A stretch of DNA of 21,945 nucleotides from Myxococcota bacterium (lineage in GTDB: Bacteria; Myxococcota_A; UBA796; GCA-2862545): assembly GCA_039208735.1 (NCBI GenBank), contig JBCCQY010000160.1, forward strand, positions 1 to 21,945, in the 5' to 3' direction. The position numbers and the translations under genes were made by a program. Within the stretch, counting starts at the first letter, position 1, and the number at the start of each line of letters is the position of its first letter. Below, one piece after another: positions 18,133 through 21,945 of the stretch. The notes under the pieces are model-generated. The model had not been told where the DNA came from and made no database searches. It was given only the letters and a program-made list of their open reading frames with translations.

Positions 18133-18441
18133 GGCGCTCCGACCAGCGAGGGTTCGAGGGCCGCCACTCTACCGCAGTTCCCTGTTGCAGGGGGTGCGGC
18201 ATGGGATGGAGCGGGCCCGACCGACACGACCGCGCCGTCAGGCCCGGCGATCGGTTCCGGGAAACGTGGCCCGTCGCGGTCTCGGGGCTCGGACCCCTCG
18301 CGCCATCGGAGGCACCCAACTGTGACGGAAATGCAAGTTCAAGGAAGCGTACTCAGGCTCGGTACGATTTGAACTATTTCGGCCGGATAGTTGTGGCCCA
18401 CGCCTTCACCCTGCCGGTACACCGGTGGCTGGAGGTTCAGA

Positions 18442-19353
18442 GTGAGTCACACCTTATTTATGTTCAGCCTGCTCGCAGGATGCGTGGGGGAGAGCGACAG
18501 TGACAGCGCCAATACCGAATCGGACGCCGACACCGATGCCGATTCGGACGCCGACACCGATGCGGACTCGGACGCGGACACCGATGCGGACTCGGACGCG
18601 GACACCGATGCCGACTCGGACGCCGACTCCGATGCCGATTCGGACGCCGACACCGATGCCGATTCGGACGCCGACACCGATGCCGATTCGGACGCCGATA
18701 CCGGGTCGACCGCCGCGCTCACGGTCGATGATCTGAACGTTGGTGATCTTGTCATCACGGAGTTCATGTCGAATCCGAGTGTCCTGAGCGGAGAGTGGGT
18801 CGAAATCTTCAACACAACCAACCAGTCCTACGACCTTCAGGGTCTCGTCTTGACCGACGACGGCAGCTCCATCGGAGGCCCCCCCGACCGAGATGTCATC
18901 GATACGCCACTGGTGATCGGCCCTCGCGAGTACTTGGTGCTTGGGAGCAACGATGACCTCGCGACCAATGGGGGAGTCGCCATCGACTGGATGTGGGAGA
19001 CCTTTGATGCCTCCACGAGTCCCGCGACACTCTTCTTCGTAGGCGATCTACTCGATAGCTTCATCCTGGCGCGCGAAGGGGCAAACCCCATTCAGATCGA
19101 CCGCATCGAAATGCCTGCGTGCACGCACAACGGTCCACCCGTGTCAACCGATACGGGGCAACCTGCGCCAATTGTAGGCTCATGCTTCCGATTCCTTGAC
19201 GCAAATACCGCAGACGGCACCGCCCACAATCTTGACGCCGGCTCCATCGACGCTTCGCTCAACGATGACCTGGTGAATTGGTGCTCGTCGACGACGCCGA
19301 TCGCGGGATCAGACCTCGGCACGCCGGGCGCTCCGAACCTTCCCTGTCCGTAG
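18442..19353 (+). CDS. Lipoprotein with Asp-rich repeat stalk and lamin-tail-like domain
   Basis: GTG 18442 behind GGAGG. Lipobox LLAGC, then (SDADTDAD)n, then [12 protein letters not shown]...GEWVEIFN...DLQGLVLTD and C-terminal GTPGAPN, all characteristic of bacterial lamin-tail domain proteins. Confidence 0.85.
   Translation: MSHTLFMFSLLAGCVGESDSDSANTESDADTDADSDADTDADSDADTDADSDADTDADSDADSDADSDADTDADSDADTDADSDADTGSTAALTVDDLNVGDLVITEFMSNPSVLSGEWVEIFNTTNQSYDLQGLVLTDDGSSIGGPPDRDVIDTPLVIGPREYLVLGSNDDLATNGGVAIDWMWETFDASTSPATLFFVGDLLDSFILAREGANPIQIDRIEMPACTHNGPPVSTDTGQPAPIVGSCFRFLDANTADGTAHNLDAGSIDASLNDDLVNWCSSTTPIAGSDLGTPGAPNLPCP
18520..18702 (+). repeat. Coding 24-bp tandem repeat (7 full copies plus a partial) encoding SDAD(T/S)DAD
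   Basis: Unit TCGGACGCCGACACCGATGCCGAT with synonymous variants at 18520, 18544, 18568, 18592, 18616, 18640 and 18664, and a partial copy at 18688. Confidence 0.95.
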
Positions 19354-19356
19354 CGC

Positions 19357-20094
19357 CTAACGGCGACGCCGGCCGAGAATCAGACCCCCGAGTGCGCCGA
19401 AGAGCCACCCCCAACTGAGCCTCGGAGTCGGCCCCTGCGCGCACCCCTCAGAGGTGAGCGGGGGCTTAGGATCTCCCGTCGCGTCGAGCGGCGGGAAACC
19501 CGCGGAGGCCACAGGGCCGCCCGCCCGCTCGGCGGGTTCGAGCGTTCCTGAGTCATCCTCGTCGAGGAAGAGCGACGAGGTCGTGCGAATCGACTCGGCA
19601 AGCGTCTGTCCCTCCGGGGTGGTCGGATCGAACGTAAACTCCCCGAACTCGATGCCGAGGTCGAGCCATTCGGGTTCACCAAGCTCGATGATGTAGCTCT
19701 CACCATCAACCTCGAAGGGTGCGGCTCCCCAGAGTTCGGCTGGCCCCTCGGGTTGGAGTTGAAGCCCGAACTCGATCGGCGCCGGCGTCGAAGCAAATCC
19801 CGTGAACCCTTGAGGGAACGCCAGTTCGACGCCACACCATTCGCCTCCCGGCGCGGTGAGGGTGGCCCGGCCAAGGGCATCGATCGCTTCGCCTTCGACG
19901 ACCACCTCACGCCCACCCACACAGTCGATCCAGGTCACGTCGGCCGCCTCCAGCCGGGCGAACTCGAACGTGAACTTGGCCGTGGGCGCGGTCTGGACGA
20001 CCGACTTGCCAGGATTACCCACGAAAATGCCTTCGGGCGGGGGCCGATCGCAAGCCCCAAGCCCCAAGACCAGGAAAAATGGCAGACGGTTCAT
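19357..20094 (-). CDS. Lipoprotein with GNP motif, EF-hand-like loop and MYXO-CTERM-like C-terminal tail
   Basis: Lipobox LGLGAC, then GIFVGNPG. EF-hand-like loop DEDDSGTLEPAE. C-terminus SEGCAQG...WGWLFGALGGLILGRRRR. Start overlaps the upstream stop (TGATG). Confidence 0.8.
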   Translation of the reverse strand: MNRLPFFLVLGLGACDRPPPEGIFVGNPGKSVVQTAPTAKFTFEFARLEAADVTWIDCVGGREVVVEGEAIDALGRATLTAPGGEWCGVELAFPQGFTGFASTPAPIEFGLQLQPEGPAELWGAAPFEVDGESYIIELGEPEWLDLGIEFGEFTFDPTTPEGQTLAESIRTTSSLFLDEDDSGTLEPAERAGGPVASAGFPPLDATGDPKPPLTSEGCAQGPTPRLSWGWLFGALGGLILGRRRR

Positions 20095-20966
20095 CAGTTC
20101 GACTCGGGGGCATCAGACAGAGGAAAGAGGCAGACACTCAGTTGGTACACGCGGCCGTCAGCACTCGCTTCGCGATCACACAGATTCAGGACCCGCTCAT
20201 GAAGTGCGAACACCTCTTGCCGCACTTGTTCTAAGAGGTGCTCAGGAACCGCAAGGGTGGAGCCACAAAGTAGCCGCTCCTCGGGATCGAAGCGCTCCAC
20301 CGCTTCCCGCGCCCGGGCCAGCATGCCGTAGTGGTAATTGTGGACGGCTAACCCCGCGACCTCAGGAGCCGTCACCACCGTCGCATCCGTGACACGAATG
20401 CGCCCATCCGGGTCGCGGGCCAACAGCTCGAACTCGAACAGGACATCCAATGCCCGTTGGGCCTCGGCTGGCGTGATGGTGGGCCGGAGTCGCGCGGCCA
20501 ACCAATCCGCATCGGCGATGAAATCTGCGCGATGCGCCAACTCACGAATCGCAGGGTAGTACCAATGCGTCAGGCACTCGAAAGCCGCGCCCTCCACGCG
20601 ACGGGCCCCCAGTGCGCGCTGAGTGGTACTGATTCGCTCCCAAGCCTCATTGCGTTCAAGGTCGCTCGTGGCCTGACCGAGCTTTACCAACCAGCCAAAG
20701 AACTCGGCTTCGGTGTCCGAAAGCTTCAGCGCCCGCGCAAACGCCTCTTGGTTCGCGGGCGTCAGGTTCCGTTCCCCGCGCATCACATGAAGCAAGGCCG
20801 AAGGAGACTTCTGCCCGGCCCGCCGAGCAAAGCCGCGGTGACTGAATCGAGGATTCGACGCCTTCTTCGCGTTGAACCAGTCAACAAGGAACGCGCGGAA
20901 GTCAACGTATTGGAAAATGTTTGGAAGAGAAGGGGAGCTTCGCACGTAGGTCTCAGCAGCGAGCAC
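20094..20966 (-). CDS. TIGR02147 family protein (N-terminal Cro/HTH-like domain plus DUF4423-like domain)
   Basis: PNIFQYVDFRAFLVDWFNAKKASNPRFSHRGFARRAGQKSPSALLHVMRGERNLT, WYYPAIRELA and C-terminal VYQLSVCLFPLS match the family pattern. Start could alternatively be GTG 20945. Confidence 0.88.
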   Translation of the reverse strand: MLAAETYVRSSPSLPNIFQYVDFRAFLVDWFNAKKASNPRFSHRGFARRAGQKSPSALLHVMRGERNLTPANQEAFARALKLSDTEAEFFGWLVKLGQATSDLERNEAWERISTTQRALGARRVEGAAFECLTHWYYPAIRELAHRADFIADADWLAARLRPTITPAEAQRALDVLFEFELLARDPDGRIRVTDATVVTAPEVAGLAVHNYHYGMLARAREAVERFDPEERLLCGSTLAVPEHLLEQVRQEVFALHERVLNLCDREASADGRVYQLSVCLFPLSDAPESN

Positions 20967-21026
20967 TGCGCGCTACTATGAACCGGGATGTTTGGGGGCA
21001 ACCCTCATCCGAAAAAGGAATCGCCT

Positions 21027-21467
21027 ATGCCACCCCTCCGATACGCCCGCCGCCAATGGGGCACCATCCTCTACGTCATCGTAGGACTGTTGATGACCCC
21101 TTTGGTGATCTTCCAAGTTCTTGAGGGCAATTGGGCGGTCGCGAGCGTCATCTTGGCGACGGTTGGACTGACGCTTCTGCTCTTCGGCAGCTTGCTGGTC
21201 ACGGTCGACGCCGAACAGGTTCGCCTGTCGTTTGGGGTAGGGGTGATTCAGCGCCGCATTCCGCTGTCGCAGGTCCTCGATTCCAAGCCGGTCCAGAATC
21301 GAATGTGGTGGGGGTACGGCATCCGCCTCACGCCCCACGGCTGGATGTGGAACATCGCAGGGCTCCAGGCCGTCGAACTCACCCTTGCGTCCGGTCGTCA
21401 CTTTCGCATCGGCACGGGCGAGCCCGAGGCCCTCAACAACGCCATCGCTTCCGCAAAAGCGGGATGA
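21027..21467 (+). CDS. Small membrane protein (2 TM plus soluble PH-like domain), function unknown
   Basis: ATG 21027 behind AAGGA. Two hydrophobic helices, then WWGYGIRLTPHGWMWNIAGLQAVELTL...FRIGTGEPEAL. Confidence 0.8.
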   Translation: MPPLRYARRQWGTILYVIVGLLMTPLVIFQVLEGNWAVASVILATVGLTLLLFGSLLVTVDAEQVRLSFGVGVIQRRIPLSQVLDSKPVQNRMWWGYGIRLTPHGWMWNIAGLQAVELTLASGRHFRIGTGEPEALNNAIASAKAG

Positions 21468-21494
21468 CGGACAACGTCGTGAAGCATTGAAGGA

Positions 21495-21566
21495 TTGGGG
21501 GACTCGGGTTCGAACCGAGGTCTTCCGGGTCAAAGCCGGACATCCATTCCACTGGACCATCCCCCC
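21495..21566 (-). tRNA. tRNA-Gln (anticodon UUG), no encoded CCA, atypical acceptor end
   Basis: The minus strand folds as GGGGGGA-TG-GTCC-AGTGGAAT-GGAT-G-TCCGG-CT[TTG]AC-CCGGA-AGAC-CTCGG-TTCGAAC-CCGAG-TCCCCCA-A. Perfect anticodon and T stems, GG in the D-loop, TTCGA T-loop. Anticodon at 21531-21533. Confidence 0.93.
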
Positions 21567-21567
21567 A

Positions 21568-21607
21568 GAAACGGAAAAAGCCCCTCATGCCAATGGCGCG
21601 AGGGGCT
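21568..21607 (-). terminator. Intrinsic terminator (attenuator 3:4 hairpin) immediately upstream of tRNA-Gln
   Basis: Minus strand AGCCCCUC-GCGCCAUUGGCAU-GAGGGGCU followed by UUUUCCGUUUCU. 8-bp perfect stem (21600-21607 with 21579-21586), extendable by GCC/GGC. Confidence 0.85.
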
Positions 21608-21629
21608 CTTTCAACGATGCTTGTTGGAC

Positions 21630-21710
21630 CTAGTCGCACCCCTCCCGCGACCGACCCGAGGGTTGGCGTTGAAGTTGGTGCCAGCAAATCCAATTGAGCA
21701 TGGGGTTCAT
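21630..21710 (-). CDS. Putative leader (attenuator) peptide MNPMLNWICWHQLQRQPSGRSREGCD
   Basis: ATG 21710 (GAGGTG 10 nt upstream) or in-frame ATG 21701, to TAG at 21630. Three Gln codons, all CAA (21675-77, 21669-71, 21663-65). The stop is 22 nt before the terminator stem. Confidence 0.7.
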   Translation of the reverse strand: MNPMLNWICWHQLQRQPSGRSREGCD

Positions 21711-21735
21711 CTAGCGGGCACACCTCATTCGTCAA
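21708..21735 (-). promoter_or_regulatory. Candidate sigma70-type promoter for the leader-tRNA unit
   Basis: TTGACG (21735-21730), 16 nt spacer, TAGATG (21713-21708). Good -35, imperfect -10. Confidence 0.4.
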
Positions 21736-21804
21736 GCCACCGTCGCATCAAGTGACGCTCGTCTTCGCATTGGCCCGAGCACACGTTTTCGCGGCCTCTG
21801 AAAG

Positions 21805-21945
21805 GAAGGCGTTCGACGAACCCGTGCTGACGGGGATCTCCATGGCCGATAGCGATGGCGCAACAGCACGGAGATCGGCATGGCGAATCGAAGTCGCGAG
21901 GAGTGGCGGGAGCTTGTCTGGCAGTGGGAGCACTCGGGACAGACC
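21805..21945 (+). mobile_element. Probable left end of an IS66-family element (start of tnpA accessory gene at 21880, running off the window)
   Basis: ATG 21880 behind GGAG reads MANRSREEWRELVWQWEHSGQT..., like the N-terminus of IS66 TnpA (W-x-x-L-V-x-x-W-x-x-SG-x-S/T). GAAGGCGTTCGACGAACCCG at 21805 loosely resembles IS66 GTAAGCG-type terminal repeats. Only 22 codons are visible. Confidence 0.55.

Noticed and set aside
18321..18336. CRP/FNR-like site TGTGA-N6-TGCAA
   Set aside because: The second half-site matches TCACA poorly; insufficient support.
18520..18702. Possible CRISPR array
   Set aside because: Contiguous in-frame 24-bp coding repeats with no unique spacers, and no cas genes in the window.
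21464..21490. Tiny ORF MTDNVVKH coupled (ATGA) to the membrane-protein gene
   Set aside because: Eight codons with no supporting feature; likely chance.
21495..21530. tRNA 3' end as an integration (att) site
   Set aside because: No duplicate of the tRNA 3' end and no integrase seen in the window.
21579..21611. Hairpin as merely the plus-strand terminator of gene 21027..21467
   Set aside because: The U-tract is much better on the minus strand (UUUUUCCGUUUC vs CUUU), it lies more than 110 nt past that stop beyond the tRNA, and its arm is complementary to the leader ORF. Some bidirectional activity is not excluded.
21385..21755. ORF-track ORFs 21385..21633, 21433..21735 and 21495..21755
   Set aside because: They run across the tRNA gene and terminator and have no protein-like features.
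21748..21933. 61-aa minus-strand ORF
   Set aside because: No recognisable features, and it overlaps the better-supported plus-strand TnpA-like start.

Overview
GC-rich bacterial chromosomal window. Gene content (MYXO-CTERM-like tail, TIGR02147 and TIGR02996-like proteins, Asp-rich lamin-tail lipoprotein) suggests Myxococcota; this is an inference. From left to right: a 5'-truncated TIGR02996-like protein; a convergent pair of paralogous wHTH/STAND (NB-ARC-like) regulators, one intact with TPRs and one with a collapsed ATPase; two small divergent lipoproteins; a two-gene M16 peptidase heterodimer; a seven-gene minus-strand operon of a Liv-type ABC transporter interleaved with a long-chain acyl-CoA ligase and a PaaK-like ligase; an Asp-repeat lamin-tail lipoprotein; a TIGR02147 HTH gene coupled to a lipoprotein; and a small membrane protein. 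The most striking signal is missing from the ORF track. A lone minus-strand tRNA-Gln(UUG) gene (21495-21566) sits directly behind an intrinsic terminator. That terminator is preceded by a 26-codon leader ORF with three clustered CAA (Gln) codons and mutually exclusive 1:2 / 2:3 / 3:4 pairings. It reads as a trp/his-type ribosome-mediated attenuator whose only cargo is the tRNA that decodes the control codons. The window ends in the start of a probable IS66-family tnpA.
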